The notes beneath the pieces were generated by a model that was not told where the DNA came from, did no database searches, and was given only the letters and a program-made list of their open reading frames with translations. Position numbers and translations under genes: made by a program. Positions 63,802-64,000 of a stretch of DNA of 64,000 bases are shown piece after piece. Numbering within the stretch: position 1 is the first letter of the stretch; the number at the start of each line of letters is the position of its first letter. Origin of the DNA: a virus (lineage: Duplodnaviria; Caudoviricetes); the IMG/VR virus record IMGVR_UViG_3300033067_000884, positions 5,650-69,649 of that record; one strand, 5' to 3'.

Positions 63802-64000
63802 AGCCAATCGTCCTTTGCGTTAATCATCGAGATAAAGAGTGTGGGGTGCATCAATTCTTCAAACGATTGACCGCGCCCCTTATTCAATCAAAGAAGCTTG
63901 ATGTCTATTATATCGACCCCGCCGAGGAGTCTGAATTCGAGTATTGGGTACAACAGCTCAAACCAGATATTGTGCTGTATAACTTCTATACGGCGGCTAC
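63789..64000 (+). CDS. partial ORF at the window edge, possibly a glycosyltransferase N-terminus
   Basis: Hand translation MADLKPIVLCVNHRDKECGVHQF...KPDIVLYNFY stays open to the end of the window; overlaps the methyltransferase stop. Confidence 0.55.
   Translation, partial: MADLKPIVLCVNHRDKECGVHQFFKRLTAPLIQSKKLDVYYIDPAEESEFEYWVQQLKPDIVLYNFYTAA

Noticed and set aside
1-64000. Stop-codon reassignment, integrase, rRNA, CRISPR array, diversity-generating retroelement
   Set aside because: Genes translate densely in the standard code; no recombinase, reverse transcriptase, template/variable repeat pair or array was seen

Overview
A 64-kb segment of a large tailed dsDNA bacteriophage with siphovirus-type tail genes; no sheath, integrase, terminase or portal gene is visible in the window. 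The host is an unidentified bacterium using sigma70-like promoters and Shine-Dalgarno sites. Positions 1-55.2 kb are transcribed on the minus strand. Reading from the right end they contain head genes (protease/scaffold, decoration, major capsid), neck genes with an inserted GT4 glycosyltransferase, tail genes (tail tube, chaperone with a -1 frameshift, 3700-aa tape measure protein, tail tip), a replication/recombination module (SSB, primase, DnaB, resolvase, family A polymerase split by a group IA2 intron with an HNH endonuclease, RecA, Cas4-like nuclease), a nucleotide-metabolism block, an expanded phiEco32-type amide-ligase/glutamine amidotransferase cluster, small accessory genes and a tRNA-Leu(UAA). 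Positions 55.3-64 kb run on the plus strand: HTH protein, GIY-YIG-like protein, DNA adenine methylase, LamG proteins, a secreted lyase-like protein and a sugar epimerase / C-methyltransferase locus. The most notable items are: (1) a nine-copy phage-specific promoter GGTWGTCC-N8-(-10) that drives the amide-ligase region, four copies lying inside ORFs; (2) a compact pseudoknotted multi-junction RNA at 60166-60253; (3) a polyvalent tape measure protein carrying an E3-binding (PSBD)-like domain, two permuted papain-like domains and two zincin domains; (4) branched-sugar and glycosyltransferase genes suggesting virion glycosylation. All family assignments come from motif reading, not database searches.
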